Positions 43,330-53,806 of a DNA stretch of 64,000 nt are shown here, piece after piece. The notes below the pieces were generated by a model, which ran no database searches, had not been told where the DNA came from, and saw nothing but the letters and a program-made list of their open reading frames with translations. The DNA comes from Phycisphaerae bacterium (lineage in GTDB: Bacteria; Planctomycetota; Phycisphaerae; UBA1845; Fen-1342). Position numbers and translations under genes: made by a program. The stretch is from contig CAXXWX010000026.1 in assembly GCA_963675745.2 (NCBI GenBank), forward strand, positions 1-64,000, written 5' to 3'. Positions within the stretch are counted from its first letter, which is position 1. Each line of letters opens with the position of its first letter.

Positions 43330-45117
43330 CTAACTCCCGCCTTGGCCCGCCGACTCATACGCGTCGGCTGGTGCCAGCTCCGCTCCGGCCTCGCCGGTGG
43401 GTTGCGGCTCCAGGCTACTTAGTCGAGATTTGGCCGCCGCCTTGATCATGCTCGGCCCCTCCGCCTTCATGCACAGCGAATAGAAGTGGTGCGCTTCGCC
43501 AAGGCGCTGCGCCCGCATGTGCCTCTCACCGATCGCGAATAGGGCCAGGGCCCTATACTGCTCCGGCATCTCGATCAGCAATTCTTCCGGCCTGCGCTGT
43601 TCATCGAGGAGGAACGCCATGACGCGATGCTGTGGCGACTCCTGAGACACCATCTCCAGGATCGCCTGTGCGCGTTCATCGCGCCCCGCCTGCCATTCCA
43701 GCAGGAACCACGGCAACACCTCAGAGCGGATGGGGTCCAAGAGCTTGCCCTCGATGACATCGCCGAGTTGGTGCTCGCTCTGGCGCAGTTGCTTCACCGT
43801 CTTCTCGTGCTCCGCCTCAGCGACCCAGGCACGACGCTGATATGCCACACTGATCCAGCCCGTGCTGATCAGGATGACAAGCAGACTCAGCATCGCCGCC
43901 GTCGCCGAACGGTGCTGGCGAGCCATCTTGCGCAGCAGATAGAGCGCGCTATCGCGCTTCGCCTCGATTGGTTCACCGCGCAGGAAGCGGTCCACATCGC
44001 GTCCCAGTTCGCCAGCACTCTGGTAGCGGCGCGTGTTCTCCTTCGCGAGCGCCTTCAGCACAATCGTCTCGAGGTCGTTTGGGATCGGGCAGCGTTGGGA
44101 ACGCCGACGTACGCTCTTGCTGGGCACGCCTTGCTCTGTTAGCCACGCTTGGCTGGGTCGCTCCGGGGGCGTCTCTGCAATGTGGCGGAGCACATCGGCC
44201 AGCTCGCCGACCACGGGGTAGGGGTATTTGCCGGTCAGTAGCTCATACAGAATCACACCAAGAGCGTAGACGTCGGTTCGCGTGTCGATTTCGTCAGGAT
44301 TGCCGCGCGTCTGTTCCGGCGCCATGTAGGGTAGTGTGCCTACGATCTGCTCGGTCAGCGATAACGTGTCAGCCTTGGACGCAAGCTGCTTGGCCAGGCC
44401 AAAGTCCAGGACCTTCGGACTGCCATCGGCATCGACCAGGATATTGGTGGGCTTTAGATCGCGATGAATCACGCCTCGCTGATGGGCATACTGCAACGCG
44501 TCACAGATTTCCATGAACAAGCTCAGCGTCGCCTCAAGCGATAGGCTCTGTTCCCGGACATGTCGGTGCAGCGGCAGGCCGCGCACGTAGTCCATCGCAT
44601 AGTAGTATCGGCCCTCGGGTGTCCGTGCGGCATCGTGGATTGATACGATGTTGGCGTGGCGCAACTGGGCGATGATCTCGATCTCACGCTCGAAGCGTTT
44701 TCGCGCTCGCTTGGACGCGTGGATGCCTGGCAGCAGCACCTTCAGGGCGACTTTGCGCTTGGTTGACTCCTGAATCGCCTCGTAAACGACGCCTTGAGCG
44801 CCGTGGCTGAGCTCGCGAAGCAACCTGTAACCGGGTAGACGTGGCAGCGGTGCTCCTTCGGGATCCGCGGCAGCCAGCACGGTTGTACTATCCCCTTGCA
44901 GTGCGGCCTGCGTTTCGCACTCATCGCTGACAGCAGTGAACACGTCGCCGGGCAATCTGCGCACGTCGCCGAGTAGTTCCTCCCATGCGTGCCATCCTTC
45001 GATTCGCTCTCCGCAACTCTTGCACCGGTCCACGTGTGCCTGAAGTGCCGCTGCTTCCGCTGGTGCGAGTTCCTTAGCTGCAAGCCGCTCGATCTGCTCT
45101 TGGGTCAAGCACGCCAT
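43330..45117 (-). CDS. Membrane Ser/Thr kinase with N-terminal zinc-finger anti-sigma-like domain
   Basis: [32 protein letters not shown] helix; short helical C-terminus. Confidence 0.9.
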   Translation of the reverse strand: MACLTQEQIERLAAKELAPAEAAALQAHVDRCKSCGERIEGWHAWEELLGDVRRLPGDVFTAVSDECETQAALQGDSTTVLAAADPEGAPLPRLPGYRLLRELSHGAQGVVYEAIQESTKRKVALKVLLPGIHASKRARKRFEREIEIIAQLRHANIVSIHDAARTPEGRYYYAMDYVRGLPLHRHVREQSLSLEATLSLFMEICDALQYAHQRGVIHRDLKPTNILVDADGSPKVLDFGLAKQLASKADTLSLTEQIVGTLPYMAPEQTRGNPDEIDTRTDVYALGVILYELLTGKYPYPVVGELADVLRHIAETPPERPSQAWLTEQGVPSKSVRRRSQRCPIPNDLETIVLKALAKENTRRYQSAGELGRDVDRFLRGEPIEAKRDSALYLLRKMARQHRSATAAMLSLLVILISTGWISVAYQRRAWVAEAEHEKTVKQLRQSEHQLGDVIEGKLLDPIRSEVLPWFLLEWQAGRDERAQAILEMVSQESPQHRVMAFLLDEQRRPEELLIEMPEQYRALALFAIGERHMRAQRLGEAHHFYSLCMKAEGPSMIKAAAKSRLSSLEPQPTGEAGAELAPADAYESAGQGGS

Positions 45118-45266
45118 TGCGACAGGTCCTGTGTCCGCTGTTGTAGATGGGAATCGCCGGTCGAGACCCTCTAGTCACGTGACTCCGCCAGCAGGCTTCC
45201 GGGGCCGTGATGTCATCCGAAACCCGGGAGCACTGCCGACCTATTGCGGTCTCACCATGGCATCTT

Positions 45267-45869
45267 TCACCAGCTTTTGCGGAACAGTGCCCGACAGCGC
45301 TGCAAGCGGCCAAGTACGCGAGACTTACATACGTAGACCGCACCCCGCGAAATCCCCAGTTCGTCCGCCACCGCGTCGGCGGTCTGGCCATCAATCGCGA
45401 AGCGCTTGAACGCAATGAAGGTCTGCGGTTCTACTTCCGCGCGGACCTGCCGGATACCCGCCGCCAGAACCGCCTGCTCCCACTCCTCCTCGAACGCGCT
45501 CTCAAGCTGGTTGTCATCGTCCGGGACTCGGTTCATGAAGGCCGTAGAGCCTGGGTTGTCCGCGACCTGACGTTCCTGCCGACCAAGGCGGCGGCGCGCC
45601 TCGCGGATCTTGTTGATGGCGATGCCTTTGAGCCACGCCCGCAGTCGTCCGCGCGCCTCATCGTACTTGCCCTCCCGAAAACTGCTGACGAATGCCACCA
45701 GCGTATCTTGCACGACGTCAAACGCGTCCTGTTCGCGAATCCCCGCACGACGTGCCAAGTTCTGCAGCATTGGCTCATAGCGCTCGCAGAACGCGCGCCA
45801 AGCTCCATCGCTGTCACGCTCCTGTAGGTCACGCAGAATCACCGCGCTGGTCATGAAATCGGCAGACAT
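45267..45869 (-). CDS. ECF sigma-70 factor (kinase-associated)
   Basis: AWRAFCERYEP...DAFDVVQDT...RGRLRAWLKGIAINK; FEEEWE; VADELGISRGAVYVCKSRVL. Confidence 0.9.
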   Translation of the reverse strand: MSADFMTSAVILRDLQERDSDGAWRAFCERYEPMLQNLARRAGIREQDAFDVVQDTLVAFVSSFREGKYDEARGRLRAWLKGIAINKIREARRRLGRQERQVADNPGSTAFMNRVPDDDNQLESAFEEEWEQAVLAAGIRQVRAEVEPQTFIAFKRFAIDGQTADAVADELGISRGAVYVCKSRVLGRLQRCRALFRKSW

Positions 45870-45953
45870 TCGTCACCCCAGGAGACGGTAGCTGTTGCAG
45901 CAGTTTACCACACCGGAGGCGGCTGCCCACCCTCTTCGCCTGCCGTCGGCGCG

Positions 45954-48900
45954 CTACTGATCAGATAGCAGCGTGACGAATGCGTCGATGTCGCCGTTGT
46001 TCGTCCAGCCGTCGCCGTTGATGTCGCCGAGCATGATGTCGCAACCCGGGTACTCATCGGGGTACTCATCCGGATACGACAAGGCGAACACGAATGCGTC
46101 GATGTCGCCGTTGTTGACCCAGCCGTCGCAGTTCAGGTCACCTGCCGCGCACGGAGCGTCGTGGAACACCCCTGCGATCGGCAACGCCAGATCGTGGCAG
46201 GCCAAGGGCGTGGCTGTCACGAGCGCATCACCAGGTCTCACCACCGCCAGCATCGCCTGTGTGAAGATCGCCTCGTCGTTCCCGAACGTCGCAAACTCGC
46301 CCCACCAGTCCCAACCCTGCGGCGGTTCCTCAAGCATCATACCCAGCACCCACAAGCGTCCCGTGCACGGATGCTCAACCATGCTCGTCACGTCCCGCAT
46401 GTTGTCGATCACAACCGCGTCGGACAACGCCTCGTGAAGCACGCCAGCCACCGTGTCGTTGGCACCACGCTGGATCCAGTAACGCCGCACGGTTGTGCTG
46501 GTCGCCCCGTACGATGTCGCCGTGGCAGCGACGTATGCGCACGTGCCATCCCTGGAGAGCGTCAACGCCGTCGGGCCGCGTACGCCGGGGGCGTTCGGAT
46601 CGTTCGGATCCAGCAGGCGATAGCGGCTTTCGGCCCCACCGGCGTCGTACACCAACAGCCAGCTGTTGAAGTTCAGATTCTGGCCACTGATCACAAACGC
46701 GTTGCCGTACGCATCCACCTCGATTTCCTTCAGTCGCTGGACGTCGACCACCGACATCTCCGGCGGATCGCCGTTCTGCGTCGGGTCATTCGCCGGGTTC
46801 AGCCCGTAGAGCTGTTCCACCGCATAGGTGCTGCCGCTCAGCCTCAGACGCGCGGCTGCCCGGTAGGTGCTCCCCGTGGCCGGCTGCACCTCCACCGGCA
46901 CGACGTACAGCACGTTCGGATCATTCGAACCAAACACCGCGTCCCGTAGCGGCTCGCCGTGCGGCACGTCGCTGATCACGGCCAGTCCCACCCGCACCTG
47001 GCTGTCGCCGTACGGCAGCGGATTGACCGTCGGTGCCAGCACCGTCTGCGCATCTTCCAGTCTGATCAACCCCTGCACGCCGTGCAGTTGATGCACCCGA
47101 CCGGCCGGATCGACGAGCAGACGACCGTTGCCGCGATACTGATTGAACGGCCCACCAGGTGTGCTGGCCGGCGTCAGCCGAGCATCAGCACTCTGGTTGC
47201 GCGCATCGACGGTGTAGAGGAAGTCCTCCTGCAGGCTGTACCCCCAGGCGTCCACCCCGCTCGGCTTGCCGGCGATCACCAGCCGGTTCGGCGCAATGTT
47301 AACCGGACCACGCGTGGAACGCCGCCCGGGTGACCGCTGGTCAGAACCACCACACAGGTCCAGCACGAACGGATCGCTAAGGATCGTGTCCCAGAGCAGC
47401 ACGTCGTCCAGATCGATGAAGCCGTCTTGCGTGACTTGGTCCAGGCACCACTTGGCGTGGCCGGTGCCCGCGATGTCGAGCGTTTGACCATATTCGCCTA
47501 GCACGTACAGGAAGTCCTCTTCGGCCACGCCGTTCGGCGGCCCGAAGTCGCCGCAGTCATCGGTGCTCGAGCACACGATCTGCGGGTCCCAGTTGTCGAT
47601 CTGCACCACCGCGTCACCGCCGCGCAGCTTCAGCTCCACGTACGTCCCCCGGCGGAAGTTCAAGCCATTACGCGGGAAGCGACCGAAGAACGTGGCGAAC
47701 CTATTGCTGCCAACCGCACCGGGCAAACCGGCCTGGGGTGGGTACAGCCGGGCGATCTCGACCAGGTTCTCGCTGACATCCGGCGCGGCGCTGAGATGGA
47801 CAATCAGTACCGTGTTGGGATCGGGCGCCGCCGTGAAGCGGTAGTCGAACGCCACGATGATCTGATGCTCACCCGCCCGGGCGAAGGCACCCTTGGCGGC
47901 TACCGAACTGGCTGGTTGCATCTCAGCACCACGCGTCCGCACCTCCATCGCGTGATTGTTCGGATCACCGGGTAGCGGGGCAGACACACGCTCGATCTGG
48001 CCCACGCGATTGGGCGGGAGCGGTGGATCTGGCTGTGGGTCATTCGGGTCGATTACCCGTTTCCGTACGCGGATGCGGAACTCCTCGTCATCCTCCATCG
48101 AAATGACCTTCAGCGAAAAACCCAGCAGTGGCACGTCCACGATTCGGCTGCCGTTCTCCATCGGCGCCGCCGGATCGTTCGGATCGCGCGTCAGCGAAAT
48201 CTCCAGGCCGTTCGGGTCCACGCCGACCAGTTCCTCGTAGTACAACGTCTGCAACGCCGTGTTCAGAACCGCGCCCGGATGTAGCTTTAGCGTGCGGACG
48301 TAAACCGTCTCCGGGTAGTTGGGATCCAGCTGAAAGTCAAAGCCCTGCCGGTTGGTCAGGCTTACCTTGCATTCGGGCAGGATCTCCAGCGTCTCGAGCA
48401 CCCAATTTTCAGAGGGATCTTCGGTGAACCCGGGACTGCCGATGGCCTGGAAAGCGCCTGAGGTGCAATCCGGGTTGTAGGGGCCGCCGCAGTCGAAGTC
48501 CTGGGCGCGCAGCTCCAGCAGCTCGCCGCGCTCGCCTTCAGCGCCCTGCGTGATCAGCACATGGATGTAGTTGTACTGGAGTGTGGGGCGCTGATCCTCC
48601 GGGTCGTTCGGATCGGGATCAAGATCCATGTAGCGATCACCCTCGGAGACGATGTAGTTACAGCGGATCAGCGAGTTGCCTTCAACCCAGAACTCGCCGC
48701 CGAAACCCTCGCTCGACTCCAGCAGGAAGATGTTGTTGTTGACAATGTCATTGTGGCCGGCGAAGTCGGCCAGCTTGACGTCCACGTTCGTGTTCTGGAT
48801 CGTGGCATCGCGGACGACCAACGCGCCCTCGATCGTGATCGTACCCCACTGATCGGCTTGGCTGGGATCCGCACAACCACTGCCGGTGTGGCCGCTCAAG

Positions 48901-50954
48901 TCAACCGTCGCACCCTGCTCAATCCGCAGTTCCGCGTTTTCCTCGATCCAAATGTCACCCGGGCCGATGATGTCCGTGCGGAAGATAGTCGGGAGCGGTG
49001 AATACCCGAGCATCTGTGCGCGCGATCGCAAACCCGTGCCGGCGTGCGCCCTTATGCGCAGCACCGCGCCGCGCGAGATTGATAGCCACCCAGGACCGTC
49101 AAACGAGCTCATGTCCGCGACCAGCTCGTTATTTTCGACAAGCAGCCCCCCGGTCAGACGCACACGACAATACTTCGCTACGGCCGCGCTTGCTTCTGGG
49201 GCAATGTTGTTGCGCAACGCGACGTTGCCCAGTCTCAGTACGCTGAATCGACACGCCAAGCCGCCGCCAGCCTCCGTGGCCTGACAATCCTCTAGCGTGC
49301 AATTCCTCAGCAGGGTTCGCGTTCGGTCGAGCCAGAGCGCCCCCCCGATGTCCCCATCCGCATTGCGGATCACAAGCCCATCCAGGGCTACGCGGGCCGC
49401 ATCAACAGAATCGGGATCCACGAACCGCCCCGAGCCACCGCAATCGATCACTGTCGGGCCCGGCTGCTCAAAAGCCCGAACGAGAACGGACTGCCCACGG
49501 AGGTCGAGGTCCGAATTGCCTGTGCCGGCATACGTACCCGCAGCAATGAGAACCGAGTCGCCCTGTTTGACCGCATCCAGTGCGCCCTGAATTGTCCGCT
49601 TGGGTCCGGTCACTCTCCCTTGCCAAGTCGGCGATGAGCCATCCCAGTCATCGTCGCCAACGGTGCTGCTAACGTACAACGTTGTGCCGACAGGGCTGCT
49701 GCCATAGACCGAATACTCCTCTTGATTAGAAATCAGGTCACCGTCGCAATCGCTCCACGGGTCGGCAACAACCGGGTCGCCGAAATGGCGCAGTTCCCAC
49801 CAGTCGGGCAACTCATCTTCATCGCTGTCTAGAAGTTCATCAGCGCCGATATCTACGTGGGCCCCCAGTACACGGGGGTCACCGTCGACGTCGAGTGGGA
49901 TGGGTTCATTCACGTTGCCATCGCCATCCAAGTCAAGCCAATCGGCGGGCAACGCCGAATCATCCCCAGCATCAAGGCCAGGTGAGCTGGCAGTCAGATG
50001 CGCACCTGGTGCAAGAAGCGGATCAAGATCCATATTCTCGCTACCCGGCCAGCCACCCTGCACAACGCAACTATCGACCGCAGCGGTACTATCCTGATCC
50101 GCGTAGATTGCCTGTGGCGTGCTGCTCGATACAATGCAGTTCGTCAGCATCGCGCTGGATTGCTGTAGTAGCGTGAGCCCGTCCCCTAACCCCATACTCG
50201 TGCAGTCGGCGATCGTGCAGTTGATCAGAATCGGGGCACTTCGTTGGCAAGCCACACCCCCGCCCAGGGACGCGGTGTTCTCCACGATGGCGCAGTTCAC
50301 GACCGTAGGATTGGCATCGACGTAGAAGATACCGCCGCCAACCATGCCCCGACTACGCTCGATTGAGCAGTTGATCAGTTGTAAGCTGCTGTCGAAACAA
50401 GCGACAGCGGCCCCGGCAGCGGCGCAATTACCCACCATTCGGCAATTGACCACAGTTGGACTGCTATTCCATGCGAAGATTGCTCCCCCGGCAGGGCTAC
50501 CGTCGCTCGACGTTGTCACGTAGCCATTCGTTATCGTTACACCCGCCAAGATGGCGCTGGCGCCTTCACCACAATGAAAGTAGAAGCCGCGGTGAGGCTC
50601 AGCCTCCGTGCCCGCGCAATCGATCACACAGGCATCCCGACTGCCGCTGCTGCTGCCAACCATGATCGCCTTGCCGCCGAAATCCAGGTCGCGATTGCCG
50701 TCACCAGTATAGGTTCCATCGGCGATAACCACCTCATCCCCATTGACGGCATCGTCGATCGCCTCCTGAATCGCGTCGAACGGGCGCTCCACCGAGCCGT
50801 CCTCCCATGGATCGCTCACCAGAGGATCCCCCGGCCCAGGGTCATTGGGGGCGTCGTCATCAACATGCCACACATCACCCAGTGCCGTGCTGGCAGCCAA
50901 GCCGCTCAGCAAGATCGCCACAGCGTAGCGCAACTCACTTCGTCGCCCGAGCAT
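45954..50954 (-). CDS. Giant secreted beta-helix repeat protein (1666 aa), shorter paralog of 34387..41202
   Basis: Homologous N-terminus; fewer beta-helix blocks; C-terminal about 880 aa identical. Confidence 0.9.
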   Translation of the reverse strand: MLGRRSELRYAVAILLSGLAASTALGDVWHVDDDAPNDPGPGDPLVSDPWEDGSVERPFDAIQEAIDDAVNGDEVVIADGTYTGDGNRDLDFGGKAIMVGSSSGSRDACVIDCAGTEAEPHRGFYFHCGEGASAILAGVTITNGYVTTSSDGSPAGGAIFAWNSSPTVVNCRMVGNCAAAGAAVACFDSSLQLINCSIERSRGMVGGGIFYVDANPTVVNCAIVENTASLGGGVACQRSAPILINCTIADCTSMGLGDGLTLLQQSSAMLTNCIVSSSTPQAIYADQDSTAAVDSCVVQGGWPGSENMDLDPLLAPGAHLTASSPGLDAGDDSALPADWLDLDGDGNVNEPIPLDVDGDPRVLGAHVDIGADELLDSDEDELPDWWELRHFGDPVVADPWSDCDGDLISNQEEYSVYGSSPVGTTLYVSSTVGDDDWDGSSPTWQGRVTGPKRTIQGALDAVKQGDSVLIAAGTYAGTGNSDLDLRGQSVLVRAFEQPGPTVIDCGGSGRFVDPDSVDAARVALDGLVIRNADGDIGGALWLDRTRTLLRNCTLEDCQATEAGGGLACRFSVLRLGNVALRNNIAPEASAAVAKYCRVRLTGGLLVENNELVADMSSFDGPGWLSISRGAVLRIRAHAGTGLRSRAQMLGYSPLPTIFRTDIIGPGDIWIEENAELRIEQGATVDLSGHTGSGCADPSQADQWGTITIEGALVVRDATIQNTNVDVKLADFAGHNDIVNNNIFLLESSEGFGGEFWVEGNSLIRCNYIVSEGDRYMDLDPDPNDPEDQRPTLQYNYIHVLITQGAEGERGELLELRAQDFDCGGPYNPDCTSGAFQAIGSPGFTEDPSENWVLETLEILPECKVSLTNRQGFDFQLDPNYPETVYVRTLKLHPGAVLNTALQTLYYEELVGVDPNGLEISLTRDPNDPAAPMENGSRIVDVPLLGFSLKVISMEDDEEFRIRVRKRVIDPNDPQPDPPLPPNRVGQIERVSAPLPGDPNNHAMEVRTRGAEMQPASSVAAKGAFARAGEHQIIVAFDYRFTAAPDPNTVLIVHLSAAPDVSENLVEIARLYPPQAGLPGAVGSNRFATFFGRFPRNGLNFRRGTYVELKLRGGDAVVQIDNWDPQIVCSSTDDCGDFGPPNGVAEEDFLYVLGEYGQTLDIAGTGHAKWCLDQVTQDGFIDLDDVLLWDTILSDPFVLDLCGGSDQRSPGRRSTRGPVNIAPNRLVIAGKPSGVDAWGYSLQEDFLYTVDARNQSADARLTPASTPGGPFNQYRGNGRLLVDPAGRVHQLHGVQGLIRLEDAQTVLAPTVNPLPYGDSQVRVGLAVISDVPHGEPLRDAVFGSNDPNVLYVVPVEVQPATGSTYRAAARLRLSGSTYAVEQLYGLNPANDPTQNGDPPEMSVVDVQRLKEIEVDAYGNAFVISGQNLNFNSWLLVYDAGGAESRYRLLDPNDPNAPGVRGPTALTLSRDGTCAYVAATATSYGATSTTVRRYWIQRGANDTVAGVLHEALSDAVVIDNMRDVTSMVEHPCTGRLWVLGMMLEEPPQGWDWWGEFATFGNDEAIFTQAMLAVVRPGDALVTATPLACHDLALPIAGVFHDAPCAAGDLNCDGWVNNGDIDAFVFALSYPDEYPDEYPGCDIMLGDINGDGWTNNGDIDAFVTLLSDQ
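45967..48614. repeat. About 2.65-kb apparently identical direct repeat, copy 2
   Basis: Matches 34397-37044. Confidence 0.9.
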
Positions 50955-51561
50955 GGCTTACCTTCCTGCTTGGATTGCCCAGCATCAGATCAACCGGTGG
51001 CAGCAACCACCACTGACGCGGCGCGGTTCACGCGCCGAAGTCCTATTGCGGATCGCCCCCGGGGATCTTGCACAAAAACACCTAGAATTGTGCAGCAGGC
51101 CAGCACAAACCGCATCAGACCCGCAACTCCCCGCCGACCGGAGCGGTCCACACGTCCAATATACCCGCTCGGCGACTGGATCAGAAAGGACAATGTCGTT
51201 GGCGCAGTCCAGACCCACACGCCATCAACCACGGCGGCTGGCGCAGCCGACCGGGCACCGCGTTGCAAGTCACACGCCGTCAGCTAGTTGCGCGAACGAG
51301 CGCTGCCGATCGCGGCAGGCGCTGATCGGCGAGGCGTGGGGCCTATGACCACCTGCGTATGCGCAGCAAACGCGCGGGTCCACAGGAGCAGGTCCATAAT
51401 GTCGGGGCGCCGTCCATTCAGTCCGGGGAGTCACGAAAGAAGCGGTTTGCGTCAACAGAGCGGCGGCGTTGGCCGGCTCGCGTACCGTCGCCGTCGTATA
51501 CGGCGCAGAATGTCACCGAGCGCGATGTTGGTCAAGTGCGGGTGAACAGAGATGAACGGTG

Positions 51562-52653
51562 CTACGCGGCGGCGCGATAGTAATGCCGGAGCAGTCCGCC
51601 GAGGGAGCGTTGGCAGCGGATGCAGTTCGATGGCGGTGCGGTCCGTGACAGGGACGCTGCGGGTTGACCATGTGCCGCTGTCGGAATCGTCTGGTTGCCG
51701 AGCCCTTGATGCGGGCGATGTTCGTTGTGGAAACGAACGTACTCCTGCCCGATGTGGTCGAGATGGCCCAGGCTGAAGCAGAGGAAGTGGCTGAGAGCTT
51801 CCCGTTTGAACGCGCCGATCCACGCCGCACAGAACGCGTTCGCATCGGGAGCCAGCACGGGCGTTCGCACGCAGCGGATGTCGGCGCTCTTGAACAAGCG
51901 CCGGAACCTGGTCGAGAACTTGCTGTCGCGATCATGGATCAGAAAGCGGGCCCCGAGCCCTTGGTCATCAAGCCACATCAACGCGTTGCGCGCCTGCTGC
52001 TGCACCCAACGATCGTTGGGGTGATAGGCGGGCGGACTCAGAAAGACCCTCCGCGTGCCGACATGGATGAACGTGAGGCAGTACGCAACTCGAATTCCAA
52101 AAGGCGTGATCACGCTTTGGGTGAAGAAGTCACACGCGACCAGCGTGTTCACATGGAGCCGAATGAACTTCTGCCACACGGTCTCCGGTCCCTTGGCGCG
52201 ACGCATCGGCGACGGCGTCAGTCCCTCGTCCTTGAGGATCCTCCGCACCGACGACCGCCCCAGGCGCAGGCGGAGCTTACGCAGTTCCCCGACAATACGC
52301 CGGTAGCCCCAGTTCCCGTTGTCCTTCGCTAGGCGAATCACGAGTTCGCGCATGTTGCGGACGATTCTCGGCCGGCCGACGCGCTTGGGATTGCGCCCTT
52401 CCCTCAGCTCCATGACCCAGCGAGAATACGTCTTCGGCGCGACGATGCCGATGATGTCAGCGACGTTATGATCCAGTTCCCGGCCGATGTCCAGCAACCG
52501 GGCACGATCGTCCGGGCTGGGGATGACGCGGTTGCCGCCGAGCTTGCGGCGGAGGATCTCGACTTCGGCTTTAAGGAACCTGATGTGGGCTTGCCGGCGA
52601 GCGGCGCCGGCTTCAACGAGGAGGTGCAGAGCGACGTAGAACCAGCGCAGCAT
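51562..52653 (-). mobile_element. Integrase-core (rve) DDE transposase-like protein, probably inactive
   Basis: WGYRRIVGEL, ACDFF, IHDRDSKF, NEHRPHQGL, LGGLLRHY; the expected catalytic ER reads AA (NAFCAAWIG). Confidence 0.85.
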
Positions 52654-52976
52654 GGCGAGTTGATCCTGAATGAAGACGGTTGTGAATGCAGCAATGAGAA
52701 GCTCACGACATTTTGAACCCCCGCCCAAAGCCGGGCAACCGGCGGCTGGGGCCCGCTGTCGCACCGATTCCGCTGCTGATCAGTCTCAGAACCACGTCCG
52801 CATGCATCCTCGCCATGTTCGGTTTGTAATTGACGCCGTCGAGGGGGGTGTCCAAAATGAGGCCCAAAATGGTGTGCAACATGTGCAATATGGTGCACAT
52901 GGAGAGTAACGGTTTTGGACTTCAACCTCTTGAGAATGCTATAAGTTACACGCTTTCAACGGGTTAGCTCGAATCG

Positions 52977-53029
52977 AGCTTGTCGGGCTCATAACCCGGA
53001 GGTCGCAGGTTCGAGTCCTGCCCCCGCTA
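52977..53029 (+). tRNA. 3' portion of initiator tRNA-Met(CAT), probably an att remnant or pseudo-tRNA
   Basis: TCGGG-CTCATAA-CCCGG anticodon arm, GCAGG-TTCGAGT-CCTGC T-arm, CCCCGCTA acceptor 3' strand; the 5' side lacks a proper acceptor strand and D-loop GG. Confidence 0.75.
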
Positions 53030-53076
53030 GTTGACGCGTCGCGTCGAAACGATGCGACCCGCTGGTTAACGCGCGA

Positions 53077-53110
53077 CGCCCGGGCAGAGACGCCTGGGCG
53101 TTTTCGTTTC
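53077..53110 (+). terminator. Rho-independent terminator-like hairpin
   Basis: CGCCCGGGC...GCCTGGGCG followed by TTTTCGTTT, downstream of the tRNA 3' end. Confidence 0.6.
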
Positions 53111-53271
53111 TAACGCGAGTTCTCGCAAGAGTTTAGCAACACGCCGATTTCGGTCTGACGCAGGTGAGACGCCGCCGCGCGAGCCAACCGAGGCGTCCGT
53201 AGCAACAATCGCGCCGTCGGTTCGCCCCAAGTCTCTGAGTCTCTCGACATCGCTGACCCGCGGGTTAAGGC

Positions 53272-53282
53272 GGCTCATAACC
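53272..53282 (+). repeat. Third short tRNA-fMet anticodon fragment GGCTCATAACC
   Basis: 11-bp match, preceded by CGGGTTA as at 52960. Confidence 0.4.
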
Positions 53283-53467
53283 AGCCGGGCGAGAGGCTGT
53301 CGCGCGCCTCATTACCCAGTCCAAAGCACCGAACAAGGCTGCTTCGGATTATGCCTCACGCCTGCCATCCGCCGCCGAGTTACGGCGATTCCTTCTCGTG
53401 GCGTCAATTGACAGATGCACAGAAATACAACCACCTCATGCGGTCAATCATTTCATCGGCTCTCGAG

Positions 53468-53806
53468 TCAAGTCACCGCCTTAGTTGACGCGGGGCGCCG
53501 AAGGATCGTGTAGGCCCACACGAACAACGCAGCCATTACCATGTCAATGATCGTGAACGGCTTCCACATGTTGGGAATTCCGGCTGCCAGCCAGTGCCAT
53601 CCACTCACCGCGCAGTAGGCGAGCTTCAGCAGGATGCCGTACCGGATAAGCTCCCGCCGAGCGACTGGATCCCGGGCGATGTCGAGGAACATCAGCGCGA
53701 AGATCAGCAGTAACGCCGCCGGGAATTGCACGTAACCAACATGGTTTGGCAGCGTCACCTCACAGATCTTGAATGGAGACTCCGGCGCCACTAGAAACCA
53801 TGCGCC
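53468..53806 (-). pseudogene. 5'-truncated small membrane protein
   Basis: Three to four hydrophobic helices (NHVGYVQFPAALLLIFALMF...); the ORF's apparent N-terminus is antisense integrase sequence. Confidence 0.65.

Noticed and set aside
52957..53029. Complete functional tRNA-Met
   Set aside because: The 5' acceptor strand pairs at only about 5 of 7 positions and the D-loop is short and lacks GG; treated as an att remnant.
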